Part shown: positions 1 through 14,100 of the stretch, piece by piece
Layout of the letters: each line of letters opens with the position of its first letter
Position numbering within the stretch: the first letter of the stretch is position 1
Assembly: GCA_008632985.1 (NCBI GenBank)
Contig: QPGO01000081.1
Location: forward strand, 124,001 to 188,000
DNA length: 64,000 nt
Direction: 5' to 3'
DNA from: Psammoneis japonica
Lineage: Eukaryota
Program-made: the position numbers and the translations under genes
Notes under the pieces: generated by a model
Told to the model about the DNA's origin: nothing
Seen by the model: the letters and a program-made list of their open reading frames with translations, nothing else
The model's database searches: none

Positions 1-164
1 TTGCATTGATTCAAAGGAAGGGTCAACCTTCAGGGCCTGCATGGAGCTGGTGGAGCAGGTGATGATGGATGAGCAGCATGCTGATCTGAAAAAGAAGGAG
101 ACCTCGATCGACCCCGTCTGTTGGAAGTTGGGGACGCTGTGGACAACAAATGCAGCATGTTCAC

Positions 165-622
165 TTGAAATGTTTGAGTGGAGCATGGGACCCCAGTGAC
201 TCCAAATCCTGAGTGAAATCAACCTGTCTTGCATTGGGAAAGAGGGTGGCAGACAGAGCACAAGACCAAGAAAGGCAATGGCAAGCTTGTGCACCCTTCG
301 GAAGCAAAGAAACAAATGCTTGAAATGTTTGAGTGGAGCAGGGGACTCCAGCAACTCCAAATCCTGAGCAAAACCAACCTGTCTTGCATTGGGAAAGAGG
401 GCGGCAGAGCACAACACCAAGAAAGGCAATGGCAAGCTTGTGCGCCCCCTTCAGAAGCAAAGAAACAAATGCTTGAAATGTTTGAGTGGACCAGGGGACC
501 CCAGCAACTCCAAATCCTGAGCAAAACCAACCTGTCTTGCATTGGGAAAGAGGGTGGCAGAGCACAAGACCAAGAAAGGCAGTGGCAAGCTTGCGCACAC
601 CCTTCGGAAGCAAAGAAACAAA
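165..622 (+). repeat. Tandem repeat, three copies of a ~153-bp unit
   Basis: The unit starting TTGAAATGTTTGAGTGGA recurs at 165, 320 and 473. The ORF track shows the repeated peptide (QMLEMFEW..GxQQLQILSKTNLSCIGKEGGRAQ..ERQWQAC). Confidence 0.9.
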
Positions 623-839
623 CAAAACCACAGCAGGATTTTTTGGAAAAGGCCAAGAAACAACTTGGCTTTAAAAGGCACCAGTTGTCATTAAAAGGCA
701 TCAGTGATTGGGAGCACATGGTTGGCGACAGTGCTTGAAAGCTTTGGAAAAGGGCAACTTTCGCCACATGTCGGCAATGATTCCTCGACTCTGCATGCCG
801 CTGCGGCTCAGCTGTGTTCCGTTCGACGTGGCTTGCAGT

Positions 840-1854
840 CTCCATCGTGAGTCTTTGCATCGACCGTTCTTCGAGACTCACGATGGAGCGGAGAGCAGAG
901 AGTGGTTTGACTTTCAAGGGCTGAGATGAGCGCGCGGATGCAGGAAGTGGTCAGTCCCGCCTGCTCGTGACTCAGTGCTTTTCTGCGGTGAAAATTGCGT
1001 GGAGATCCGAAGATGACAAAAACGGCCTGATGACTTCCGCTGACAACAACATCAACTGCATGCAATGTGCATTCGATGTTCTGCAATGCATGAATTAACA
1101 ACTTCAAGCATTGGATGCAGTTGCTTTGATGAATTTCACCAAAATGACACTGAGCCCTGCATTGCGTGCAAATCCACAGCACTCCGCACGACTCGTGTTT
1201 CGTTTCGGACAACTTCCAATTCGTCAAAGCAACTGCATCTAATGCCCAAAATGGTTTGTTCAAGCATTGACGAACACAGAATGCATGTTGCATGCAATTG
1301 ACATTGTTGTCAGCGGAAGTCATCTGACCGTTTTTGTCATAGTCGGATTCCTGCGCAATTTTCACCGTGGGGAAGCACTGAGTCACGAGCAGGTGGGACT
1401 GACCATTTCCTGCATCCGCGCGCTCGCCTCAGCCCTCAAAAGCAGAACCGCTCTCCGCTCTCCGCTCCATCGTGAGTCTCGAAGAACGGTCGACACAAAG
1501 ACTCACGATGAATTGACACCTTTGAGCATTGGATGCAGTTGCTTTGATGAATTTCACCAAAATGACGCCAAGCCCTGTGTTGCGTGCAAATCCACGGCAC
1601 TCCACACGATTCATGTTTTGTTTTGGATGACTTCCAATTCGTCAAAGTGACTGCATGCAATGCCTGAAATAGCCAATTCAACTGTCAACGAACACAGAAT
1701 GTACATTGGGTGCAGCTCATGTTGCAGTTAGCGGAAGTTGTCTGACCGTTTTTGTCATCGTCGGATTCCTGCGCAATTTTCACCGTAGAAATGTGCTGAG
1801 TCACGAGTGGGCGGGACTGACCACTTCCTGCATCCGCGCGCTCGCCTCAGTCCT
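840..1854. repeat. Foldback-like block with long inverted arms and a direct duplication
   Basis: ~840-1075 is the imperfect reverse complement of ~1285-1510. 917-1052 is inverted relative to 1719-1854. ~1090-1440 is directly repeated at ~1508-1854. There is a perfect 15-bp-stem hairpin at 840-888. Confidence 0.85.
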
Positions 1855-2320
1855 CAGCACATTCTCGCGTGAAAAAAAACACGTGCAGCAATCATTCTTG
1901 GCCGTTCAGATTAGAAGCCTGCACATGCAATCGATCCTCCTTGCTTTGCTGCACGTTGCATGTGATGATGTACTTCCAATTCACATGCCCCCATGCCCTG
2001 AGGTGCCAAAGGATTTTCTGTCAATGGAACAACAACCAAAGGAGCTTTGGAAAACAGTGGCGGCGTTTGGGATTGGATTGCCATGTCTTTGCCGGCAGTC
2101 ACACCCACAATGGCTCTCGCACGACTCGGAAATCAGGTCCCTTTTGACTCTTTGCTTTTGACACCACTTTGACAGAAACGAGAAGCCGAGTTCATTTTCC
2201 ACATCAAGAACGTGGCAAAACCAAGCAGACAACATCATTCGGACCGTCGTTGTCACTGAAACAATTGAGGCCACCACACTGTGCTTGCAGCATGACAACT
2301 GTAGTGCTTGAGCAGCAAAC

Positions 2321-2813
2321 ATGAACAATCAGGGGGGCAAACGACAGAGGTGGACAGGATGACAGTGAAGGAAAGTCGTGGAGGAGGTTGCAGTCATGGA
2401 CGGCCATTTGCACAATCGCAAGTGGCACGGCTACTGTCATTGCATCACTTGTCACACTGGGTGATGAAGAAGATGACCCTTCACCATCAGACCCTGCGCT
2501 GACGCCACCCGAGGCCCGAGCCTCCGTCTACATTTTATGTGAGGGCGATCCGCACGGGTGCCAACTGCATTTGTCCACGCAGATTGGTGACCGAATGTTT
2601 GCACGTGCCGGCAATGAAAATCCATTCCGTGTTGACAATGTCCCACTGGGCAATCAGGCACATTCCATGGACGGCCAAATGGCCTGCAGCACTGTTGCTT
2701 CTTCTTGCTCTGCCTCCGGTGATGGCAAGGTTGACATCACCAACGGGAAATCTTTCTCACTCTTTTGGCAGCAAGAGCCAGGAAGTGCTGTTTGCTCTGT
2801 TTGGCTCAACTGA
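2321..2813 (+). pseudogene. Copy A of a small single-TM protein gene carried in the duplicated segment; frameshifted near the start
   Basis: Homologous to the open ORF at 23027-23542; it has an extra G in the run at ~2332-2337. Confidence 0.5.
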
Positions 2814-5800
2814 TTCTCTTCCTTCTCACTTGTTCACATGGCAAAGAACACACCTTGTCATCAAAGTCGGACATTTCGATTTATGTCGTAAAAACACTCC
2901 GTGCAATGTACAAACTGCAAGTGGTTCACCATTGTGTTGTTCTTTCAAATGCTGCTCAATTTTTCATTCTGTCTCTGCCTGATCAACATGCAACAGATGC
3001 GTGCAATTACCTTTCTGAAAGCATCTACCTCATGAACCATTTGTGGGCTTTTTCTTTTTGATTTCCTCTGTCAATTCAAAATGCGAATGGAAATTTTGAT
3101 TCCTTTGCCTTGCATGCTTTTATGTTGCCACGCAGGTAGAGTAAGAGTGCCGTCGTAAAACCGCAGACGTCTTTGTCGATCTTGTTGTCGCAAATGACGT
3201 CGTCGACATGCCAACATTGCGTTGCTGTCCCTGATCCTAGTTCGAAATGTGCCGGGCTCCCTCTTGGCACCTTGTGCCTCACACTGCACAGTCACCATGA
3301 CATGTGATCAACAGAATCGCCGTCAATTGTGCCAAAGCCATCGAACTTGGAAACGGTCATAAACTCACAAGGCAGTCAGCAAATGTGGCAATTGCTTCAG
3401 GCGGTCTCCCAGAAACGCGTCATCAGTGACACATTGGTTCTTCGTCCAGTGATTTGGCCACCTTGTGGGTGCACGACATGTGCAACACATTGCTGTGTCA
3501 GATGCACCGAAGAAAGAAGCTCATGTGTAAACCAACCCAACTGTTGGTGCGCTAATGTGAATCACCTGATGTTGCAATCGGTCCATCAGTGTTGCCATCG
3601 CCGCCATTCGATGCTCACTGCACTGCATTTCAAAACAGACTGAAAACAGCGTGCAATTGCAAGAATGAAGTTCTCTTGCAGTTTTGTTTTTCCGTGCGAC
3701 TTCTCGCTCCCCTCTCACTCGAATGCACAGCAGGCCCCTCTCTGTCTCTCTGCTCTGCTCTCCAGTGGCAGAGAGTGTCGTGTCCTGGCAGCCAGTGACC
3801 AGCAGCTCTATGAATCAAACATGAAAATCACACGCAACTCTTTTTAGAGCCACAGGTGCCTGGTGGCCATTCGTGCTGATGAGGGGTGTGTCATTGTCCC
3901 ACTCAGCGGAAAACAGCCAATGTCTCCAGGCAGAGACCAAACTCATGCCATGGCCACCTGCGGTCTCTCGTGGCATGCTGCTTGGAGTTTTGCCGCTGCA
4001 CCTGACTCACAAAGTGGCACTTCCATCCTGGCATTTTGAGAGTGACTTGTGGGTCATTGAAAAACATGAAACTGGCCAGAGCTCTGATGTTTGAGGAAAA
4101 ATGCAGAGATTCAGCAGACAAGGCTGACGTCTTGGCTTGTGTCAGAGTGCGGGACACACTGTGCTGGTCTCTTCACCTTGCAACTTTTGTTGATGCTCTG
4201 GCACTTGCCTTTGCAGCTGCAGCAGGCATTGCTGCCACAGCTGCCGATGATGATGCTTTTCTGTGTTTGCAGGCTGCCCACAGTTGACAACTGATTGTGC
4301 AAAAGGGCACATTGAAAAAAGCAACTTCTTTTGTCACAAGAAGACCTGTGACAGGCTGCAAAAGTTCCATGAGACCAAGTTGCAGCCATCGTGCAAGTGA
4401 CTCACATTGTGCAAAGGGTCTGTGCTGCAAGATCTGCATGGGGCACTGCACACAGAGTGCGGTCATTGATTCCATGTGAGGACTCAAGCTCCACATGTTT
4501 TGCCATTGCACACACATGTGCTCTGCATGAAAAAGTTTTGCAATTTTGCACAACACAGAAAATCTCTGCCGGAGCACTTTGGTGTCATTCTTGCACAGGT
4601 TGCAGCGACACGTCTCAGATGCTTCTGTGAGTGCTGTGAGGCTGACACACAGCAATTCCCAGTGGCCGGCTCCCAATCAAGTCAGGGGGCTTCAAGATTT
4701 CCTGTGCATGCTGGTGCAGGCTAGATGACACCAATCATGGATGCTGGCACACTGACAAATTTGCCAGTGTGAGTCACACCAATGGCATGTCATCTGGAGG
4801 AGTGTAAAAAGCACAGCAAGCATTGTTTGTGGCAAACACTGGACCTGTCATGAGCTTCCCCACTGTTTTCTGTTACAACCCAATTTTGCATTTGGCAACT
4901 CAGCAACCTGGTCTGCCTTTTCTTGCTCTTGCACCCATTTTGAGCAGAAATTGTGGCTTTTTTGCCAATCAAAAGGGACCAGTCATTTTGCACTTGTTTC
5001 ACTCTTTGAAGCCAAGCTTGGTTGCTCTGCTGTTGCCATTTGTGTTCATGTTGGCTGGTGCCAATTCCACAACAGTCAATTTTCTGCCCTTTGGAGCACT
5101 TTTCAGGAGCCGAATCTTCAAGAGTCAGGCCTGCTTGAGCAGTGTCAAAAGGAAAACTGTCCTCCTCTCCAGCTTGGCCAGGCAGCACAGATTGGATCAC
5201 ACATTTGGACCTCCCAGAGTGGGAGTTGGTTGTGGGAAGCACACGACAATGCAGCACATGATGAGGAGGATGCTGACTCATGGAAATCATCTCAACATCA
5301 GCAGGCAGAAGCTGAGCTTGCAGCTGTGTGTGACAAATGCCAGGAGGAGCACCTTGCCAAAAGAAACAGAGAGGTTCTGATGGACACTCCATGCACAAAA
5401 GATCACATGTTACATTCCACCACTTCCAGAATTCAGCTCAGAGTTGTGTTGCTGAGGTCAAACCATGTCCAAAGGAGAACATCAACAAAGCAAAGGGCCA
5501 AGTGCTTTGTGGCACTTGCACCATTGCCAGCTGCTTCAGTGGGGTGTCACCTTGTTCAGGTGTTTCACCAGTGCTGGCACAGCTGGCAAAGGAGCAACAG
5601 CACTTGAAACTCAGATTTGATTTTTTGGCTTTTTGTGTTGTTCAAAATGTGATCACTCTCACACAAGTGCAACTTTAAGGCAGTGTGGCATGACTGGAGT
5701 GCTGCCTGTGGTCTTTTTGGCTCAGCAACAATTCACCACTTCACATGGGTGGATGCAGCACAACATTCCAGCACAGGTTTGTTGAAGAATGTGCAAAAGC

Positions 5801-5929
5801 AACCCGAGCAAGATTGCTGCCAAGTCAACCCAACATGTCAAAGCCACAAAGCTGCACATGATGCTGCACAGTTTGAAGTTTCCAGTTGCTCCAGCTCTTG
5901 ATCACAGGATGAAGGAACTGATGCAATGC

Positions 5930-6735
5930 AAGGAAACCTGCAAAAAATGACAGAACCTGTTTGATGGTGCTTTTGCATTTGTTGTTCAAAGTGAGCAACT
6001 CCACAGTCAAACAAGTCAATCTTTTGGCACACACAGTTGATCCACTGTGCCTGAGGTTCCTTGGTTGCATGTGGCATCACTCTGCAAATGGCATCTGCAA
6101 TGCATTCTGTGCAACAACTTTTTCCTCACAGCATGCCAGCTGTCTTGACGATGTTTCTCTTCCACAGAAGAAAGAAGTGTTGAGATGTGTGCACAATGAA
6201 GGCTCATCCACCTTGCAAAGTTGCTGAAGTTGTTTGAAGTTGTCAGCGGGAATGCACGGGCAAGCATCCAGCACGTCAATTGCCTCTGCCAGCAAGCATG
6301 TGTTCAGGGCATCCAACATGACAGAGGCATCATGCTGGTTTCAGTCAGAAGTGGAGGTTCAAGTTGAAGCCTGCTTGGTGCATTTGCAACTGACTTTTTG
6401 TGTTTCTTTGCACAGTGCAATTCATGGCCACATTCTGCACCTTGTGCAAGCCCCCATCTGACATTGTGCTGCATGTTGAATGCCCCATTTGTCAAATTTT
6501 TGTGGTCAATGCATGCAACTGTCTGGCGACCAAGGAGCGCACCTCAAAACTCCTCAAGTGACCGTGTTTCCATGATTTTCAAGCAACTCACATCCGCTGT
6601 GGGTGCAGACAAGCTGAGTGCATCACTCAGCTTGCAGCTGCAAAATGCCACTGGCTTGTTTTCATGAGATGTTGCTGCTCCCAGCTGAAACTTGTCTGAA
6701 GCATCAGCGTGTGTGTCTCAAAGCAAAAAAAAGTG
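5930..6735 (-). mobile_element. Degenerate Ty3/Gypsy pol fragment (RNase H and integrase Zn-finger region)
   Basis: The minus strand reads, across frameshifts, ADASDKFQLGA..ENKPVAFCSCKLSDA...ELL..MET...LLGRQTVACIDHKNL...VRWGL...ECGHELHC...SVANAPSRL. This matches the Gypsy RNase H pattern TDASxxQLGA..PIAFYSRKL..YTDHKNL..RWRL..EY..ELxY..VADALSRL. Confidence 0.75.
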
Positions 6736-7594
6736 TCTGGGTGAGTCAGGAGGGCCAACACCTTTTTTCATGGACAACTGTGTGATGACATGGTGTTGGT
6801 GGCTGTGCGTGTGTGCATGTGTGTGGGGACGGGGAGGGGAGTGACCACAAGAAACAATTTGATGCCCAATGCAAGAACACCCCAAACTCTCAAAAAGCCT
6901 GAGACAGGCAACAAAGATCTTCCTCTGACTTCACAAGAACCTCTGTTTTGTTTTTCCAGCATGCACCTGTGTGCAAAGACAGCCAAGCATCAGTTCAACC
7001 CCCCCCCCCCCATGTGATCAACAAAAGACACAAGCAGCTGAGGTGGAGCCACTCAACTGGGTGTTGTCCAACTGTTTCAGCAAATGGCAGGCACAACAAT
7101 GTTGGCTGAAGTCAGAAGAACAAGACTTTGCAGTGGCTTCATCAGTGGCTGGCTGCTGTTGTTTGCGTGGTGGGAGCTGCTGCACTGAAAAGATCCAAAG
7201 GAGGGTGGATGAGTTGATTCAAATGATTTGATTCAAGTTGCACCATCTCTCTGTCTCTGTCTCTCTCCCTCTTTCTCAATGGCCTTTGTGCTCACAATCT
7301 GGCAGAATGAAACTGGGGGGCCAGTGCAGTCAATTCTCCATCAAGTGCAACAAACAAGCAACAAGGTGGCCAGTGCAGGGCCACTCAATGGGACTTTGCT
7401 CATGCTGCAAGGTCAACAGCAAGGCACAACAGCATCGGCCAAAGTCAGAAGTGAGGCTTCTCTGTGGTGGCTTCATCATCAGCCAGCAGGTGTTGCTGAT
7501 GTGGTGGAACAAGCTGTTGTGTTAAAAAGATCCAGGTGGGAGGGACTGGTTCTTGTGCCATCTCTTGTTCCCTCTCTCTTGTGCTCTCTCTCCA

Positions 7595-7597
<3 letters not shown>

Positions 7598-7628
<31 letters not shown>
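7598..7628 (+). repeat. (CT)n microsatellite
   Basis: Seen directly; paralogous tract at ~28348-28381. Confidence 0.85.
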
Positions 7629-7632
<4 letters not shown>

Positions 7633-7804
7633 GGCTTTCCACTTGCATTCCAGCAGGACAAAGCAGGGGGGCTGTTGGCAGTGTGGAGGACATGGCAGGA
7701 AAAAAACAGCCAAGGCTTTGCAAGCTCTCTCTCTCTCTTTGTGGCCAACATGTGAGTGACAGGCAAGCCTCCCAGGGATGCCGTTTGGCATGCCCACCTT
7801 GATG

Positions 7805-7973
7805 TGACAGACATCCGAGATGGGGAGCACACTCCCTTCTGTCAGACAGACTGGCACAGACAGCATGGAGAGATCCGATGATCTCTCCTTTGCTCACTTT
7901 CTTTCTCATCTAGTGCACGATTGTCACCTGTCCTAGACATCCGTTAGATTGTCCCAACACCACCAGTCTGTGA
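7805..7973 (+). repeat. 5' LTR (169 bp)
   Basis: Ungapped alignment with 14952-15120; starts with TG; followed immediately by the PBS. Confidence 0.93.
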
Positions 7974-7983
7974 GGTCATGAGC
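7974..7983 (+). promoter_or_regulatory. Primer-binding site, tRNA-iMet half-molecule type
   Basis: GGTCATGAGC directly follows the 5' LTR. It equals the Ty5/copia-type PBS GGTTATGAGC with one TA>CA change. Confidence 0.7.
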
Positions 7984-8174
7984 AGCAGTGCACTGTTCCT
8001 CTTCCTCTGTGCTCCTCTGTTGCAATGCCAGCTGTGTGATTTGGCAACTTTTTCTTCGTTGAAATCGTCGTCATTGTCACATCTGTTTTTTCACCTCTCG
8101 ATTTGTGATCGGACAACCACTGCAGAACACATGCCAGAGCTCCACGCAGAAATTTGATTTTTTTCCACGCAACC

Positions 8175-11100
8175 ATGGTGAACAAAAATCAAAACGCCGT
8201 CGATTTGACCATGATCAAGTCGATGCTGGTTGTCTTCAACCCTCAGCATCACTTGCCTGATGCCCATCATCACCTGAACGTCCTTCATTCTGATGAGATG
8301 CCTGCTCCTGAAGAACTTCTGGATGGATTTGCTTCTCAAGGCCTCAAGAGCGATGCTGTTGCCACTCTCCATCACAAGATCGTTCATGACCTTGTCATCC
8401 CCAAGGCCACGCTGACTGAAGATCTTGCGCAGATTGGCCCAATTGTGGACAAAGCTCCTCTCTTTGCAGCTGCTCCTGAAGCTCCTCCGGTTCATCTGAA
8501 TCTTGCCAATCTCAAGAACACTGTGATCAAGGCAATTTCAGATGGTCAAGATGCCATGACGATCTGTGTTGAGACTGTGCTTCTCTTCTTCCGCCCCTGA
8601 TTTCCCGTCCTTTGCATGTTGGGATGACATGTCTGACACTCCTTGTGCACAGTCATCCCAAACCTCAAGTTCTGCATCCCTGCCAGTTGCCACCACAGGT
8701 CCTGCTCCTGAAGACTTTGCTGAGGCCTTAGCTGCTCATTTGCCTGGTCCAAAACAGTTTGAGCAAGCCGTGACAAATGCATTGAAGACATCTGCTCCTG
8801 CAGCATCATCTCCTGCACCATCTGTCATGACCACTGCTGGCGTTGCTTCTTCCTCGACTGCTGCCAGTGCTTCACACACCTTTAATCCAAAAGGACTTCC
8901 AAAGGATGCACTGGCCCACTGTCAACACAAGGAAGCCGGGAAAGCAGTGCCAGGGAAATCACTGGCACCCTGCAAGTCTGGAAACCTTTGTTGCGAAGAT
9001 GGCGCTGAGCGTCCAATCCTCACTGATGGTTCTCTCTTCATTCATTGCATTGACTGGGATGCAAAGTCTTTCCTTTGTGATCCTCTCACTTGTGACAACA
9101 TCTCTCCTCAAGGAATCCATGCGTGGCACACCACTGCAACCCAACAGGCCTTTGGCTTGTGGCATGTGTGTGCACCCTCTGTGGTGTTTTATCAAGGATG
9201 GTGGAAACTGGGGTTTCACATGTGGCAATGATTCAACCGATGATCTCCCTCTCTGGATGACTGCACCACTTGACAGAATGAAGCTGACTGTCTTCCAGTG
9301 CATTCAGAAAGTTGGAATCTTTCCAGCAGACTCCAAGTGCCCTGACATCGTTCGTCAATGCCATGGTGATGGACATGCTGCCATCAAGATGATCCTCTTT
9401 GACATCTTGACGATTTGGACAAAGTGTCCATGTGAGTTGATCAAGAGCCATCCGCACCAAAACAATCTTACAATCCTCAGCTGCTGTGCTCTGTTCAGAG
9501 ACTGTCTCCAGCTGCAAGCTGTCATCTCCAATGTTGATGCTTCTCTTGATGACCCTGGTGAGCCAGACATTTTTCTAAGCAATGCTCGCCATGGCAAGCG
9601 CCTTCACCGTAAAACAGTGGATGCCCGGGAAGACAAGAACAAACAACACAAGTTCACACAGAAGAAGATTGTTGAAACTGTCAGTGCGATTCTCAAGGAA
9701 CCGGACAGTCCTGCTCTTTGCATCAAGGACCCTCCAAAACATCCTCCACGTCATCTCCACAACTCGCCTGCCCCTTCTCTCACAGCTCCCGTTCAAGGTC
9801 TTGACTTGCTTCCCAAAGATGAAGTCTCTGCTCTGCCTCCAGTGATTGAGGAGACTCCAAAGGAAACTGAACCTCCTGCTGCAGAAAAACCTGTGGACAC
9901 TGTGGAGTGCTTTGTGAATGAACTTGCCACTGTGGATGTTCCCACAGATGATGATGCACAGGCCCTCCATGGCATCTACAAGGCCTGCATCTACAGGATC
10001 AAGTCCTCTCCTGCAATTGCACAGACCCGTCCATGTGTTGTTTGTGGTGACAGCCACTTGTTCCATGAGTTTCCTGCATTGAACAATGCTGAGCACCTGC
10101 GCACCCATCTCATTCGATTCTCCCAGTTCCTCCAACATGATCAGCATGCTCGTGATGCACTCAAGTCTGTCACGGCCAAGAAAGATTTTTCCTGGGGCCA
10201 TTGTTGTGTTTGGATGAACAATGCCGCCCATCTCCCTCCAATCCGAAAATTCCTGCAAGTGGGGTAACTGTGAAAGAGGGTCCAACCAACTTGTTGCCTT
10301 CCGCTGATGTTCCTCTTTCACGTGTGTCATTTGCTGACCTCCTTTCAGGCTCGATGAAGGCTGGCACTCCGGATCCCAAGACAGTTCCAGATGATGACCC
10401 TGACAATCCCAATCAGGGGAGGGAACTAGACCCTTCTACACAAGATGCTGATGTCCCTTTGCCCGCTGATCAAGACCAAGAATTTAAGTGCCTTGATGTG
10501 ACCAGCACCCAGCATTTGTCACCCCTGTGCCATGCGCATCTCTCTCTGATTTTTTCTCCCCCGGAGTCACCTGCAACCTTTGCATCCTCAGCCACTCCAG
10601 TCATCCCCATCAATCATGTGCTTCATGATTCAACGATGTGTCATGCACAGATTGATGCTGGTGCTTGGGCATCCTGCACAGGGGACAAGAACCTTCTTCA
10701 TGCCTGTGCTCCATTTGGACCGGATGACCCTTGTCCTTTGAAGATGCTTCCTGCTGCTGAAGGCTCTGATGTGGTCCCTCATGGCTTTGGCCATCTGCAA
10801 GTGCCTGCAGACAATCCTGAAGGTTTCCTTCTTGCACGTGCCTTTTGCCATCCCAGCCTGCGTTCCACTTTGATTGATGAACGTGATTTTGCACGGGCTT
10901 CTGGGTTTAAACCTCAGGCCATTCGATGCAAGCTCCTTGAGAAGACACGTGCTCATGGCACTTGCACCGCTTCAACTGACACTCAAGAAGCAGTTGTCCA
11001 TGGCATCCTCTGACATGGCAAGGCATTTGCACAACCCCTGGTTCCCCCGTCTGTGCCTCACATCTCTTTGCCATCAATGACCCCTGACCTGTCCTTGGTT

Positions 11101-14100
11101 GATGACATTGATGATGCATGTCAACGTGCAGTTTTTTGTGTCAATGTTCAACAAAGTCCATCTGACCCCTTGCTGATGGATGCTGAGTTGTTCTTGATGC
11201 AGTGTGATTCGACTGCCCACATCTTGCCACCGCCATCTGCCCCTGCTCCGGTCCGCTCTCTCAAGGTTGAGACTGAACGTCTTCCACAGCACCAACGACT
11301 TGGACATCCCAGCGACCACTGCTTGTGCAATGCTCACAAGCACATCAAGGGCATCCCGAAGTTCCAACATGCCAATCCCGTCCTTGACATTTGTCCTGCA
11401 TGTGTCCAAGCCAAGCAAGTCAAGACTCCTGCTGGACAAAACACGACTTGAAAGGCGACCCAGCCACACCAAGGCCTCACTGTGGATTTTGCTTTTGCTG
11501 GCCAAGCTTCCAAGAATGAAGATTGCAAGTCTGATTGTCTTGGACACAATGGCGAAACGTGTTGGATCACTGTCTGCGATCACCACACACGGATGCTCCA
11601 TGGAGTGGCAAGGGTTTCCAAAGCCAGTCCTCTCAAGTGGCTTCGCCGATTCTTGGATTGACATTCACCAAATTGTCATGACAAATGTGTGTTTGTGGAC
11701 CAAGGTGGGGAATTGCACAAAAATCCCAAAGTTCGTGACCTCTTTGAACGAGAATTTCAGTGTGACATCTGTCCTTCTGGCGCTGGCACATCCAACCAAT
11801 GTGGACCTGTTGAACGCTCACATTTGGCTGTTGAAAACGTGATTCGTGCGATTTTAATTGGCACCAACCTTCTGATTCGATTCTGGCCCCATGCTTTTTG
11901 CCATTGCCTCCATGTCAAGAATGCTGCTCCTGCAAAAGATCAAGATGCAGCACCCATCACTCTTGCTGCTGGAAAGGTTGAAGATTTCACTGCTTTTGGA
12001 TGTCGAGCATGGTCCAAACGGTCCACTGCCCGTTCTGCTGCTTTCCGGACCAATTCCAAGAAGGGCGCATTCCTTGGCTGTCTCCCAAACACCCTGAAAA
12101 ATGTCATGTGGTGGGATCCTGAGACTGACAAAGTCAAGACGGCCAAACATGTGCACTGCGATGAAGGTGTGAATGATCTGTTTTTTGATCAACTTCCTCC
12201 CAATGCCATCCATTTGCAGTTTACAATGTGTGGAAAATGGTCAACCTTTTCCAGCTGAAACACAGGACACAACCGCTCCTGTGTTTGCCTCTTTGTCGAA
12301 TCCTTTTGCTGCGACTGTTGCATGCACCATGAAACATCCCCCAAAGGATCCCACCTGTGGTTTTGGATTTTCCCAGTGTGCGCCAATGGACCGTGTCTGT
12401 GCATCAGAAATCAAGCAGCGCAGTCCTGCGGCCTCTTTGTTGTCCTCCCTCCGTGCTGCTCGCAACAAGATTGTGGGTGCATGCATTGTTTCTGTCAACA
12501 AGCGTGAAGTCTTTGCTCCAACGGATGCTGAAGAGGCTTTGTCTCAGGTCTTCCATGACGAAATTCCAACCTTTGAGATTGCTTTTGCACCAGAACGATG
12601 GTTGGATTCTTGCACCCTTGATGAAGCATTTGAGGAAGCGGAGTTGTTTGAACCTGACTCCATGGAGGATGACTCCCATGTTCCTGAACTCACCTTGGAG
12701 GATGTGCAATCTGTCACAGCCCTGCTTTGTCCTGATGATGATTTCTCAGATGAGGCTGTCCCAATGGATGTTTTCCATGCTCACCTCAATGCGATTAGCT
12801 CCCGCTCTCTCACTCTGGAGGAGGCTGCTCTTGACCGCCTCACTCGTGCCAAGCTTCGTAAACTTGACACATGGCCTGAATGGGAAGAAGGTGAGCAGCA
12901 TCAATTGGAGCAATTTTGTGCTCTTGGCATGTGTGGCCCTCCCCAACCACATCCCCCTGGAGCAAATGTCGTGCATCCGCATTGGGATTGCATGGTGAAG
13001 CCGGATGGACAACGTTGTTCTCGTCAATGTGGAGATGGTTCCAAGTCGGCAATGCCGGCCTTGCATGAGCTGACTTCCACCTGTTTGTCATGTGTGGAAT
13101 GTTCCATCGAAAAGATGTTCTTTGCTCTCAGCGCAGCTGTGTCGCATCATGTCTTTGGAGGTGATGCTCGGGATGCCTGTGCTCATTCTCCTGGCCCTTC
13201 ACAGCCGGTTTTCATTGCTGTTGATGATGCATGTGCTGCCTGGTGTGAAAAGAGATTTGGCAAGAAAGTGCCCCACCACCATGTTCTCCCGCTCAAGCAT
13301 GCTCTTCAAGGCCACCCTGAAGCTGGTGTCCTCTGGGAAAAGCACATCAATTTGATTGCAACAGGTGCAAAACTTCTTTTCCGCAATGCCGCTCATGACA
13401 AGTGCATCTGCTCTGGTGAATGTGATGGTGTCAAGGTCCTTCTGCTCCATCAGGTCGATGATTTTGCACTTGCTTGTCCCTCCAAAAAGATTGCAAAAGA
13501 CATCTGCAACCACATTGGCAAGGCTCTTCAGATGGAAAATGAAGACACTCCTCCGTTCAAGCATTTGAGCTTGGTTGCTGAATTCGGTGGCATTGGTGTC
13601 ATCCAAAATGACGGCTCGATTGCTGTCAATGTTGCCAGTTACCTTGATCGTGTTTTCAAGACCCATGGCTGGGATGCTCCCACTGCAAATGAATCTGAGT
13701 CTGATTTCAAAGCTGCACCTGTGCCAGTTGATTGCATCCCTGACCTGTGTGCCACTGAAGGTCCTGCAGAGGGTGCTCCTGAGTGCGATGTTCTCTCCGA
13801 GTCCCAGGGTTTCTCTTGCCGATCTGTCCTGGGTGAGTTGGTCTTTGCTCGCTCGTGTTGTCATTTGGATGTTGGTTGTCCCATTGTTGCCTTGTCCAAG
13901 TTTTCCAAGGTTCTGGCTGAGATTCATTGTGATTCACTCAAGTGTGTGGCCAAGCATTTGTGGCGCACCAAACATTGGGGGCTGATGTGCAAGAAGTCCA
14001 AGCGTGATCCTGGTCTGCCTCCTCGCGATTTTGAATGGCTTGAGGATGATCCATCTCTTCCGGACTTCCCTCATGCTGATGACCTCTTCCAACTCCTTGG

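Noticed and set aside
165..622. The ~153-bp repeats as a CRISPR array
   Set aside because: The whole unit repeats with no unique spacers, the context is eukaryotic, and there are no cas genes.
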